Source: Ruditapes philippinarum (taxonomy: Eukaryota). Taken from it: DNA of 64,000 nt. Position numbers and translations under genes: made by a program. The notes under the pieces are model-generated. The model was given only the letters and a program-made list of their open reading frames with translations, was not told the DNA's origin and made no database searches. The first letter of the stretch is position 1. Every line of letters begins with the position of its first letter. Shown in pieces: positions 38,572-50,904 of the stretch. The DNA is taken from positions 496,001-560,000 of the forward strand of contig NW_026859933.1 in assembly GCF_026571515.1 (NCBI RefSeq), written 5' to 3'.

Positions 38572-41500
38572 AACAAACACACACACACACAGGTGAATCG
38601 CTATATGCCACCGCATCGCAGATGCTGCGGTGGCATAATATAAACATAAAATAAAGATTGTTTTGACAATATATTTATACTAAACCTGAAAGATGTCCAG
38701 TCCGAAGTCCTGGTCATCAAGTTGTTCTGCCATCTGTTTTTGTAACCTAAGGGCTTCTTTTTCCTCGAGGACAGCCTCAGCATCATCTTCCTCCATGTCC
38801 TTCATATCTGTAAATATAACACCAACATTTATTTCTCTTATAATATCACTCTATACTAGATCATACTAAACTGTTAATCAATGCATTAATGGTGAAAGGA
38901 TCAGACAGTTTATGTATTTACTATGCCTGTTTGAAGGTCAGATCATCTTGACTATTTAACTAGGAGGAAATTCACTATTTCCATTAGAGGTGGAGTTCAA
39001 TGCTACAACAAATCAATTTATATTAGGCAAACGGATGACATTTTAACATGGTAATAACTTTCATCATATCAAAATAAGTTGAAGAAGTTGTTCTTGATCC
39101 ACTCTTTAAGCATAGCTATTAAGTAGACGTATTTATAGTTTAGCACAATATTTCTACCTTAAATTACAGGGTAGTTATACTCACCAAAGTATCTGTATTT
39201 TAAAATATTTCTAATATTTTTCATGCATAATGAATGGCTTACATTCTCGATAAAAACTAAGACACTTGCTTTTTTCCTTTAATATAGTATGGTAATTTCT
39301 ATCATAAAAACATGTACATACATACAAGATAAACACATATGCCAGAAGGCTATCCCTCATGCTGGCCATATTGCCTTACAGAGAATGAATTACTTCTCAT
39401 ATATACCTTATAATTAACATTTAAAACTCACCAATATCATCATCTCCATAATATTTACTTCTCCTACTTCCCCACGCTTTCTGGTCTGGCAATCCTGAAA
39501 TAAACAATAATCAATATATAGTCACACTAAAAACAAATTTAAGTTAAAGGGTATAAAGCTATATCTTATAAAATATTATATTTTTTTTTTAATTTATCAA
39601 CATAATAAGTATAGTAGTTCCATAATCTTATGTTCAATTCTAGACAGAGTTGTAACATAGAATGTCTCTGGTATTTAATACACATTATGACATGAATATA
39701 GTATGTAAACAGAATAACAATGTTTGGGATAAAAATATCATTCTGCTATTTCAACTAGGGTTTCATAACTAGTGCAATAATTTCATGTATGCGCCATTCG
39801 CTTTTAAGGCAATTTATACCATATATTTTTCATACAAGCATTTTGTAAGTATTATTTTTTAAATTTTTGCTGCAGATATATGGCTTTATTCTCTTTAAAT
39901 AAAAAAGAACATGATACTTCAATACAAATCAAGATTATAATATATAAATAATAAATCATTTATAAAATTACCATCATCATCATCATCATCATCCCCAGAT
40001 TGATCTTCAAGGTCGCTACCAAGGGCTTCTTTTTTCTCTAATTGTTTAACTCGTCTGAGCTGAGCCTTTAAATTACGAATTTCTTCATCGTCACTCTCCT
40101 CCGAGTCCAAGGCTAGAACTTCCTCCTGTAATGTAATAAGTGACCTACATACAAGTTAGAATTTTGTATAATCCTAAAATGTATAACATATCTAAATACA
40201 AGAACTTCTCATTTTTACCATTCTAATATGTAAATTCAGACACACAACCAGTTAAGAAGACATGTATATTTAACGTGTATACACAACCAGTTAAGAAGAC
40301 ATGTATATTTTACGTGTATACACAACCAGTTAAGAAGACATGTATATTTTACGTGTATACACAACCAGTTAAGAAGACATGTATATTTTACGTGTATACA
40401 GAACCAGTTAAGAAGACATGTATATTTTATGTGTATACAGAACCAGTTAAGAAGACATTTATATTTTACGTGTATACACAACCAGTTAAGAAGACATGTA
40501 TATTTAACGTGTATACACAACCAGTTAAGAAGACATGTATATTTAACGTGTATACACAACCAGTTAAGAAGACATTTATATTTTACGTGTATACACAACC
40601 AGTTAAGAAGACATTTATATTTCACGTGTATACACAACCAGTTAAGAAGAACCATGTATATTTTACGTGTTACACAACCAGTTAAGAAGACATGTATTAT
40701 TTTACGTGTATACACAACCAGTTAAGAAAGACATGTAATGATATTTAACGTGTATACACAACAAGTTAAGAAGACATGTATATTTAACGTGTAATAACAT
40801 AACCATTAAGAAGACATTTATATTTAACGTGTTTACACAACCAGTTAAGGAAGACATCGTATAATTTCACGTTTATACCAACCAGTTATAAGACATTATA
40901 ATTTAACATGAATATATAACCAGTTAACAAGACATATAAATGTCAGTACAATCAGTTAACAAGCTATGTAAATGTAGACACAATCAGTTAATACACATGA
41001 AGTGGTATACAACCAATTAACAAACCTCATCAGATTGTTGTATTTCCTCATCATGCCTGTATCCTTTATCTAGAAGAATCTGAAACAAACAAGAGACAAT
41101 GTATGTTTCATTAATATATTGAGATGCAATATACTGTCGGAAATATTGGACACAAAAATATTCATTGATTACTTATTCATTCATCAAGTTTTTGAATTAT
41201 TGTTGGAAAAGGACTTTTTACAGTACAGTATATAAAAGCTATATATTTCCTCCCTGTTAGTGTAGTTTACAAATTTATTGTCTGAATCCGTCCAAAATAT
41301 CTGTATGAAAGAACTAAGATCACAAATATTTTCATCAATTAAGGCTGCATTGAAGTTTTAGTGAATTTCATAATATATGTATTTCTGATGCAATTATTTG
41401 ATAATAAACCATACACAGACAGAGAAATGAAAAGTACAACAATTTTATCTACCTTTTCTTTATTAGCATGGAATTCGTCCACATCATCATATATATACTC

Positions 41501-41651
41501 CCTGGAATCTGGATCTGGCTCCTCACTATTTCCATACAACTTCTCATCATCCGAGGCATACTCCGGTACAAAGTCACTACTCCACTTATGAACCTTTGAC
41601 TTCTTTTTCCGTGGGCCAGTTTTCTCTTCAACATCAATGTTCCTTTTTCCT
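29015..41651 (-). CDS. UTP3: Something about silencing 10 / UTP3 (SSU processome subunit); 15 exons recovered, start-codon exon not located
   Basis: Exons 41651-41453, 41079-41026, 40125-39972, 39494-39432, 38807-38686, 36464-36378, 36085-36029, 35717-35608, 34934-34838, 33776-33649, 31431-31347, 30628-30516, 30085-30004, 29649-29542 and 29104-29015 are all phase-consistent. Motifs: DDVDEFH, AWGSRRSKYYG, KESPEL, YCTNIVFYLMLKA..PVHNHPVIKRL (Sas10/Utp3/C1D domain) and ISYQIEKNKGLT...RNPRVKHRMKY...YGGEISGIRAGIKRSVKLK*. Confidence 0.95.
30758..31315. mobile_element. Degenerate HINE-like element in a UTP3 intron
   Basis: TGACCTTGACCTTTG core motif, GACA microsatellite and terminal GGGGGGCATAAAAA. 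The left boundary is approximate. Confidence 0.55.
31843..33408. mobile_element. HINE-like element with ~172-bp core arranged as a 517-bp higher-order repeat
   Basis: Inverted ends AACCAGGTTTTC / GAAAACCTGGTT and a (CGCC)n microsatellite at ~33337-33360. Three monomer types each recur at +517. Confidence 0.8.
34670..34795 (-). mobile_element. 3' fragment of the tRNA-Ser-derived SINE family
   Basis: Degenerate match to 28355-28495 (ACACAGTA.AGGT.ATATGGCGAC...TGGTGGAGGAAGACC...GGCACCTGAGTA). Confidence 0.7.
37089..38638. mobile_element. HINE-like element with ~167-bp core, a 480-bp internal duplication and an (AC)n microsatellite
   Basis: ATGCCACCGCA near the left end and the hairpin ATGCCACCGCA...TGCGGTGGCAT at the right end. 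GACCCCCGGGG units recur; (AC)n at 38537-38590. Confidence 0.8.
40240..41020. repeat. 39-bp minisatellite (~18-20 units, degenerating rightwards) filling a UTP3 intron
   Basis: Unit GTATACACAACCAGTTAAGAAGACATGTATATTTTACGT; it explains the 13-aa periodic ORFs in the ORF track. Confidence 0.95.
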
Positions 41652-41681
41652 CTATAGAGATAAAGAAATAAAAGTGATCAA

Positions 41682-41918
41682 TGAGCCGTGTCATGACAAA
41701 ACCAACAAAGTGGGTTTGCGACCAGCATGGATCCAGACCAGCCTGCCCATCTGTGCAGTCTGATCAGGATCCGTGCTGTTCGCTTACACACCCTATAGCA
41801 AGTAGAGAAACTGATAGCGAACAGCATGGATCCTGATCAGACTGCGCAGATGCGCAGGCTGGTCTGGATCCATGCTGGTCGCAAACCCACTATGTTGGTT
41901 TTGTCATGAAACGGCTCA
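41682..41918. mobile_element. Fold-back (hairpin) MITE, copy 1
   Basis: Almost the whole element is a ~100-bp inverted repeat, TGAGCCG...GTTCGCT / AGCGAAC...CGGCTCA, around a ~30-bp spacer. Confidence 0.88.
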
Positions 41919-42307
41919 AATATAGATATGTACCTACAATATACATGTACTTAGTTTTAATTTGTTTATCATTCTGGCTGTTACACATATTTGGTAATAT
42001 CTCGACAGTCAATCTACCAAACCAGCTTTCTAGCATAACTAACCGGTAATTATTAATTTGTCCACAAGTGACAAATACTTATCCCACATGATTTCTGAAT
42101 CATAAGACAAAAGATAGGCTTAACCTAAAAACACATTCTGCAATTAGTATTGAAATTACTTCTAGAAAATTTTATAGTTCAGAAAAATGCATTTATAATC
42201 TTATTCTTTCAATAAATAAAATTAAGATCCTTTACTGCATATTCACAAGAGGGGTGGCACAAAATGCCAAAATATTGCCCAAATATCACACATATATAAA
42301 CTTTAAG

Positions 42308-42437
42308 TTTGTTTGTTTGTTTGTTTGTTTCATTTTACGCCTTTTTCCAACAGTATTTCAGTCATATAGGCGGGTAGTTTCCTAACCATCGTTCCTGGAG
42401 AGTTACACCAGTACTAGACAACCTTCCTCCGCGCTAA
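42308..42437 (-). mobile_element. 3' remnant of a second SINE family with (AAAC)n tail
   Basis: (TTTG)n followed by TTTTACGCC...CAACAGTATTTCAGTCATAT...TTCCTGG...CACCAGTACT, a typical inverted SINE tail. Confidence 0.55.
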
Positions 42438-44090
42438 ATAAACTTTAGGTAAAATATGGCTAAAATATTTACGTGCAATGATTTAAAATATCCAGAATTT
42501 TCTCATATAAACAATAAAATGCAGAAACCCTGCACCACTGCATGAAGAGTTTCAAATTGTGATAAACATAATATCACTTGTATTATTTCTTTTTCACTTA
42601 GAATTCATATTATACATAGGAACTTGAAATTTTATAATGATTATGTAAACAATTATTATGAATGTTTTTTTTTTACTCTGATTTTCTTTAAAATAAAAAC
42701 CGCATTCTTAATTTAGATAAACAAACAAAATAAATGTATTGATATGTATTGAAAAAAAATTACAGTAAGTTACCTACAGAGGTCCACATAATTACACTGT
42801 TGCTGTGCTTCTGAATTTTACTTATTATGACTATGTGTACAAGATTAGTAAAATATCGTATTTCAAGTCATTGTACATAAAATATTTTAGCTTTATTTTA
42901 CTGAAAGTTACTATGTTTATGATATTTGGGCAATATTTCCAGTCGTTTTTCTCCTTTAATTGGGAAGAGGCCTTAACCTCTTGATCTTGGGAAAAAGTAT
43001 TGCTAAAATTGCTAATTTTGGAATTTAAAAAAACTTGTGTAAGTTCAGACATTTTGGAAAACTGCATTCAAAATGAGCAGTTTTAAAAGCCAAAAACTGC
43101 CCCTTTTTAAAAACATTTCACAATTTTAAAAAGTTTCACCCCCAGGACCCCCAAAACGGTTCACACCTTCTCCTATTTTTTTAAATTTTTATAGGGGATT
43201 TAAATCCCCAATTTTTTTAATTCGAAGTTTGCAGAAAAATAAAACTTTACAGAGAACATAGGGCATGAAAAATGGGAGACCATCAGACAATTTTTGCCCT
43301 CTAATTTGCTAATGCAAACATAGCAATTTATTGAGCATTGTTTATACGACACCTGCCCCCTTTTTTCTGTTTCAGAAACCCCTGTAAAATTACTTGCATT
43401 TTAATTAATAACAAACCCGAAGCCCCAAAAATAAACGGCTATAAAAGTTTTTGTTTGCACCCAAATTAATAAATCGGCGCCTCTTTTTATGTTTTTTTAA
43501 TAGATGGAAACAGATTGACAGATGGTAATTCATTAAAACTGAATTAATTAAACACCTGTTAAAATGTGGCAAAAATGTAGAATTAATCTGTTTTAGCAAT
43601 TGGTAATTTTTAATTGTTTTGTGTACTTAACTCTCAATATTATTATCAATTCTATAAAAAAAAAATATGTATATAACATCCAGGAGGTGGAAAGACCAAG
43701 GCCTACATGTCCAGGGGGTGAAAAGTCCTAAAATCGAATATAATGCATACAAGGAAGACATATAATCAGAATGAATTATCAGCACAGCAAAAGATAAGCT
43801 TTGAAAGTGAATTGGGTATTACTCCATCATTTCATGTGGAATTCGGTATTGGTTCCATTTAATTGGGTATTCTAAAATCTGTTACCCTATGATTATAAGA
43901 TCAATTGGGTATTCAATTATGAGGATATAAATTTCATGGTTTATTTGTTTTTTAATTATTATAATTTACATGATCACCCCGGATGTGCCGATGTGCCAGT
44001 TTTATTGACATTCCGGAATATCACAAATAAAACATTATCAAGAATATTCAAATAACTTCGTTTTCTGGAGGATTTTTAATTATTTAGAAA

Positions 44091-44322
44091 TGTTATGTTT
44101 CAAAGCTTCTTTTGTTCCCTATAATGAATGTACGACCCATATTGTTTTCAGAGCGTCTATTGATACAAGTTATGGACCTACTTATCGATGGTCTCCGCAA
44201 AATGTTATGTTTCAAAGCTTCTTTTGTTCCCTATAATAAATTGTACAACCCATATTGCTTTCAGAGCGTCTATTGATACAAGTTATTCGCATTGGACATA
44301 CTAATTGATGGTCTCCGCAAAA
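44091..44322. repeat. Two-copy tandem duplication (~111-120 bp)
   Basis: TGTTATGTTTCAAAGCTTCTTTTGTTCCCTATAAT...GATGGTCTCCGCAAAA occurs twice in a row. Confidence 0.9.
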
Positions 44323-45132
44323 ACAACGGTCTCTGCTGGTCTGTCGATAAGTAAGCCCTAAATTAACTGTTGGTTGAAATGACAAAGACATGGTAAAATA
44401 ATTTATAATTCTAAAAAAAATTTAAACAAAGTGTATAATTATCTAAAGAAATAGGTTGATTTCACAAAAGATTAAAAGACGATATACGGAGTTTTAAAGT
44501 CACTGAAGTACCTTCATATGTAAATTTAATGTCATTTATTACTCAAATACCATTTAACTGTTAAATTTTATTTATTATACACTGTTGTTTTGGGATTAAA
44601 AGTTCAAACGTCGGTCTACCGCACATTTTTATTGCAAGGATGAAATCTCACTTTTTAGGCATTTTTCCTGTTCCCGTGTAAGTTAGCAATAAATAAAATG
44701 CCAAACTTTTTCCGATAGACCACTCTTTTTATTTGTTTACACGTGTTTTAGGGTCCCTTTTTTATTTATTATTGTTTCACATGCTGAAAATTGTTGTTGT
44801 TGTTTTATTAATACACTAAGTTATCGTATACGTACAGTACCGTATAAGGTTGAACACCACTAAACACTTTCATTTTATAATCAATCATTCTTCAGTGATC
44901 CTCAATAATAAAGTCCTACAAATTAATAATTATTTAAAAGTCTTGAAACATATTTTCTACGTTAACCATTGAAATGAGGAAACTAAAAGATATCTTAAAA
45001 TTCGATCCCAAATCAGTAGTTTTTATTATAAAAAAACATTTTGTAAGTTCTGTACTGTACTGCAGTACTGTAAACCATGTAGCTAAATATAGATAAAATC
45101 CATATATCACCCGCAACATACAGTCACTCACC

Positions 45133-45178
45133 GTGTGTGTGTGTGCGTGCGTGCGTGCGTGTGTGTGTGCGTGCGTGT
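45133..45178. repeat. (GT)n/(GCGT)n compound microsatellite
   Basis: Directly visible in the sequence. Confidence 0.95.
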
Positions 45179-47067
45179 AATATTGCTCAGCCCATTTTTG
45201 ACATACGTTTTAATTTTTATGATTCCGAAATTGTTAAATTTAGTTTTGTTCAAAATGGCATGTTTTTCTTAGTTTCAAATTATATCATTCAAACAATCCA
45301 TTTTTCTCATTTCTCGGTACAATATTTATCACATTCACTCAAAACCATCAAATATTTTTTATATAACTTTTAAAAATTGATCTTTAATCGGATACCGGAA
45401 ATGATTCAAAAATGGACGAACATTACACCGAATTTTGATATCTACAAGTTTGCTTCTTTAAAAAGAAGCATGCGAGAGGTATTTTTGCAGCATCGGTGGC
45501 AGATTTATTTAATTCGAAAATATTTGAAAATATTTTTGCATGAAAGGCACAATTAATGAATGTTTATGAATTACCATTATATATATTGAATATAATATCA
45601 TAATGAAAGTTTGCTTTATACTTCATTTTTAATGTCTTAAAATATTATATGTCGGAGAAATGGACATTTTCTTGGCGCATCTGGGATATTTTTTCTACAA
45701 AGGGAACAATTTATATTATGTTATCAAACTATTTTTTAAAAAAAAATGGCATCTATTAAAAGTAGTATCAAAATAAAAGTTTCTTGTAAAATTCAATAAA
45801 CAATTTATTGATTAATGTTTTGGTAAGTATTTGGAAACATTTCCTCTCCAAAACGTGCATAAAGTACAATCAAACAATTTCAAGTCCCGGATTTAATTAA
45901 GAAAATGTTTACATCATTTGATTGGAATAAAAAGTATATAAAGTTGCTTGCCTCTAACCACAATATTTCAAGAAGCGTAATTTACTCATACCGGTTTAAA
46001 CAAACGTTAAAGGAGCAGCACACGATTCACCCGGTCATCTAATAGTGTATGGTGATATTTTAGCTATAATGTTCACTGTTACTATTTTTCGGAACATGAA
46101 ATAGTAAAATGCTAATAAAAAACAATAGTCGAAATATACAGTTTAAAGGATTAAATTTTCGTTTAAGTTAATAGATAATAGATAGATAATGTTCATTTTA
46201 TTTTATAAGCTTGATAAGATATACTGAAAGATCCTTTAGATTATTATACTAATTTTAGAATCAGGATTTCAGTTTGAAATCTTAGGCCTACTTCTTCCCT
46301 GTAAATTTTATAGGAAGTCAAATCGATCTCAGACGGACTTCGTCCTAAAAAAAGTGGCCGGTCAACATTATGGTGACCAGTTATCAGTATGGATGTCACA
46401 GGCTGGTCATCATTTAGTGACAAAGTGTTATCATTTTTGGCTGCACGGCAGAATAACGGTTAAATAAAAATATCAACTCGGCATATAAACAAAATAGTTC
46501 TGTAAATAGAACACTTCAAAGACTTGAATCAAATGAATAACTAAATTAAAATGTGTGAGTGTTTATTATATATGCACACTCAAATTTTGCAAAAACAATT
46601 ACAAATGTATAAAAAGTTAAAAACATAAACATAATTATGATCTAAAAACAAAAACCCAATTGCACCTTTCTATCATTGCTTTTCATTTTTTATATATAGA
46701 TATTAGATCGTGACTAAGACACAATCTGTTATGTCAAAATAAAAATTATAAAAAGCGTTATTTTTGTAAAAGATTATCCGGTTAAGTTTTTTTTTCTACC
46801 TGCTTATACTTAACAGGCGTATGAATGAATTCAGAACACATATATTGTAGCATATGTAGATACATATATTGTAGCATATGTAGAGAAGACTATAAATTCA
46901 TGCTTGACTAACGCGCAGCATATCTGACTAAATGTTTATTTAACAGAGTCTTAAAATAAATCTTGCAGTACTCAAACACGCTTGCGTTCTTGTTGGCTTA
47001 TTGTTAATATTCACGCTACGAATCATATCTAAATCATTATAAAACAACGAAACAGTACAGTGTATTT

Positions 47068-50000
47068 TTAATCAATGTAAACAGGGAAGAATGTGTCCAT
47101 AGCTGTTGATGGTGGGTCTGCAGTCGTGTAAACCATGAATTGGAAGTCTGACACTCTGTAGTCAAAAGCGTTATGATATTCTTGATCATCATTTGCTTGA
47201 TACAATTTTCCACACCTGGAAATAAAAAAAAAAATATATACCACTAATATTCGAATTGATGTAAAAATAAATCAGTATTATAATTTGTTCGCAAAAGTAG
47301 CTATTTAAGCACTTAAACTTAAGGTATGAATTTAAAGGTTCATTTGATGTAGCATCATTTCTCATTTACCTTTTCAAAATGCTGCACACATTACATCAGA
47401 AACGTAACAACAGCAGCAGCTTCAATCATTTGGAAAAAAAAAAAAAACAAAAAAAAAACAAAACAAAAACAAAACAAAAAAAAAAAAAACAAGCTCCGTG
47501 ACATCGTGTACAGTACAGTTCTTTTGTCGATATTACTTAAATACTTTTATAAACAATGTCTCACTTCGTTCACCTTGCTATAAATATCCACTTTAAAAAC
47601 ATTTCTAACTTTCAAAATATCTTGCATAGTATGTTTGAAAATGACGTACAAATAATAAACCAATATATTCATGTTGTAGGAATTTGCTTACATTTTCAAA
47701 CATTTTTTTTAAAAACATACAGTTATGTCTGCACACGATGACAATGACCTTACAATAAGATATATTTACGGACAAGATTTGTTTTAAAGTACATAAACCC
47801 TACGTGTTGAAATATCAATAAAACACCAGAGATTAAACATATTTGATTTCCAAAAATAATCCACTTGTTAAATCTGTATACATGTTGTACTTGAAAATCA
47901 ATTTAAGAAGTTGTCCTATCAAATCGATAGAAAAATAAAGCAGAGATCTATGTTACAGAAATGTAACACCGTAATTAAATAGCAATCCATTATTAGGTCA
48001 AGCAATGCCAGCGAAGCGAGAATGTACTAAAATAGGATATTTAAAAGCAGTAATCACAAACGCCGTAAATTAAATTAATTTTATGAAATCCGATATCGAT
48101 ATCGAGTTTCTTTAGATACTAGTAAATTTCCTACTACACTGTACTTTTAGTTTTTGATTCCTCATTATAGAAATGTATGTGTTCTTATAATAGAATCAAT
48201 ATTTCTACCCTATACCTTAATTAAAATGAGTGGATCTTTATAAATGTTCGTTACTATTACTAAGGTTATAAGTAGTTGAAACATTTATTTCAGCTCGATA
48301 ATAATTAAAGCTTTAAGATTATTTAAACCGTTTAAACTAACTAGTACTGAATGATGTCTCATATATGTCCGTGATCAAATATACCCCAAAATAGCAGACA
48401 CCTTCACAACAAGGCCGCCACTTATCTTCAAAGATTATCCGTTTAAGATTACATATTCACTTAAGTTATTGTGTTGTTAGTACTATCTCGTAGTTGGTAG
48501 ACCAAGTTTCATTCATTAATATCAATGGATACAGAGTTAAGAAAAGTACGTGTAAGTGTTTCTTACTTCTCAAAATCTAATAAACTTCTGTCCATTAAAT
48601 CGTCCCAAAGTCCATCGTAAATTTCATTGTAAATTTCTCGTGCTTTGTCCAGAGCCTTTCCTTGATCTGCATCGCTAATGTCTATAATATGAGGCTTACC
48701 GAACCTAAAAAATAACATAATTATATATTCTTTCGTTATCTTTTTTCAGCTTTTATTTCAGAATGGCTAATTCAATACAAATAATGTTCTTAATTTTCTT
48801 TTTTAAAAATCTAAATGATATAACTAGGTTCTTTAAATCTTATTTCAGATCGATATCATTTAAGTATGTTATCAAGAGTATTGACTATGTGCTCAGATTG
48901 AATAGTTAAGCAGCTTACCTTAGAGCCCCCATCAATGCTTTCCTCAAAGGTTCCTTCTGGAAGTCTAAACTTGATGTGACACTGATCATGTTAACATCTC
49001 TATACTTGAGAAACGTGTGTACGTTCCCATTTCTGTCTATCATAAACGTCCACCTGAATAGCACATACTTACAACGTTATAATTGTGCAAGTAAATACTA
49101 GATAACTCAAATGACTTGTTCAGAGAGATTCTAGAGTTATATAATATCGTTTTAAAATGAGATATTCGCTTGTTTTCTTCGTGTTTTTTGTTTGTTATGT
49201 ATTTAAATATATCGCCTCTACAAATGTACACTACAATAAATTACAAAGATTTTACTTACATGTATTTACTTTATAAAGGTATTTATTGATATATGCTACA
49301 GCCGAAATTGCGTTATATTTACAACAATAACAGTTATTATGAAAATGTAATGTTTACTTTTCGTTGACCACGGACTTTTATTTCACGGACTTAAATTGTA
49401 AATTAAAGTCCGTGGTAAAACATTGTCAAAATATAAAGAAACGAAACAACGCCAGTATTTCTCTGTAATAAATGAAAATAGTTCAAAATACCTTAACGTA
49501 TCAGATACATGTATATTTGATCGCAAAAGAAGATTTGTTTTTTGTTTACCTTTTTGAGTCTTTTATTTTTTGTCCAAGGTCACCACTTAAGTTTAGCAGT
49601 ACAGCAACTTCCTTAAACCCAATTTCTTCAGGAACTAAGACCTTCTTAATGGAAACTTTTGCTGTAATAAATGACGCACGTGTTTGATGTAGTTTATTCG
49701 TATTTTCCAGAAGTATATAATTCTAAATATTTATATTTTAAAGTGAATTGGTCAATAATGGAAGGTCTGTAATTATACCATAAATAATTATGTTGATAGT
49801 ATTAAATATCATACATCACAAGATATTACGAAACGTTTTATAGACAAAAATGAACTTTTAGCAAAGTATAACTAAATGAGTTGAGTAAATGAGTTGAGTT
49901 GAAAACTGTAAACCTACCCATTTCTTCCTCAACCTTCTTTACGTCTGTTTTACTAGCATCTTTACTTGTTGCACCTTTAGCAGCGGTTTTAGTTCCAGAA

Positions 50001-50086
50001 GCCCCTCCTTTAGCTGCACCTGTTTTGGTCGTCGTCTTAGTTGCTGGCTTGGATGCTCCTCCTTTCGCTGCTGCTTTAGGTGGCAT
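47068..50086 (-). CDS. 233-aa protein: K/A/G/T-rich N-terminal tail plus a domain resembling the C-terminus of IQANK1; no IQ motif or ankyrin repeats
   Basis: Exons 50086-49918, 49661-49550, 49053-48919, 48704-48567 and 47215-47068 (702 nt) join in phase: MPPKAAAKGG...GDLGQKIKDSKRWTFMIDRNGNVHTFLKYRDVNMI...LRKALMGALRFGKPHIIDI...GLWDDLMDRSLLDFEK...DYRVSDFQFMVYTTADPP...FFPVYID*. The gene model is solid; the homology is from recall. Confidence 0.8.
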
Positions 50087-50891
50087 TTTCTTTCTCTCTT
50101 ATTTCCTTTAAAAATCAGAAATGTAAATTTCTTTCTCTACGATAAAGCTATGTACACTTTAAATTACTTGTAATCTTAATGCGTCCACTTCGTTTATATC
50201 AACTGTATTTCTACTTTAAATTCTGTATATTTATAGCAAAGTTTAAACTGATTACTAATCGTATATTTTACCAATACTATAAAATCAATACAGTATTGTG
50301 TTAGCGTCATATAAAAGCCAATATATAGAACTCTAAACGGGTGAATCCCCAGGGAGTTTACAAAAATATTGTACAGTATTTCGAAACAAATTTAAGGCAA
50401 TAGAATCCCCAGGTGAATTTTTATTTAATAGTTTTTCTTAGAGGTTTAAATTTTATTAGTAATATAAGCTTAATGTCTGAGAGAAACCAATCTGTAAAGG
50501 TAATAAACATGATGTAACGAAGATTACAATAGCATTGTTATAATTATAAAATTCTTATCTGATATTCTGAATTAATTTAATCATCGTCGAAAGAAGTTAT
50601 ACCACAAATTACTATTGTATCATAGTTTTGAGATGACTTTCTAAAGAAAAATAAGATTTACATGCCTCAACTCCTGTAACTTCATAAACTTTTAAGCAAT
50701 GAAAGAATGTTTCCGTTATTCTAGGCCTACTCTCAGCACAATGGTATTCCAATGGGTCTTCTGAGCAAAACTATGTTTTGGATATTTTTTTATGAAACAA
50801 TTCACTTACTCCTGAAAATCATCGTGTGAGTATTATCAAGTCCTAGAGGAATGGGAATCAGGACTGCGTCGTAGACAAATTGTAAATAAAA

Positions 50892-50904
50892 GCCGCCATC
50901 TTTG
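50892..50904 (-). promoter_or_regulatory. YY1-like motif CAAAGATGGCGGC in a probable 5'-UTR exon of the IQANK1-like gene
   Basis: Close to the YY1 consensus AAGATGGCGGC. A minus-strand GTAAGT donor lies at 50809-50804 and an acceptor just upstream of the ATG exon (~50106). Confidence 0.35.

Noticed and set aside
40236-40725. Three overlapping ORFs with 13-aa periodicity; CRISPR-like appearance
   Set aside because: Head-to-tail 39-bp minisatellite with no unique spacers and no cas genes, inside a eukaryotic intron. The ORFs stay open only because the unit is a multiple of 3.
41449-41694. 81-aa minus-strand ORF as the UTP3 start
   Set aside because: It is in a different frame from the conserved DDVDEFH segment, and its ATG lies within the hairpin MITE.
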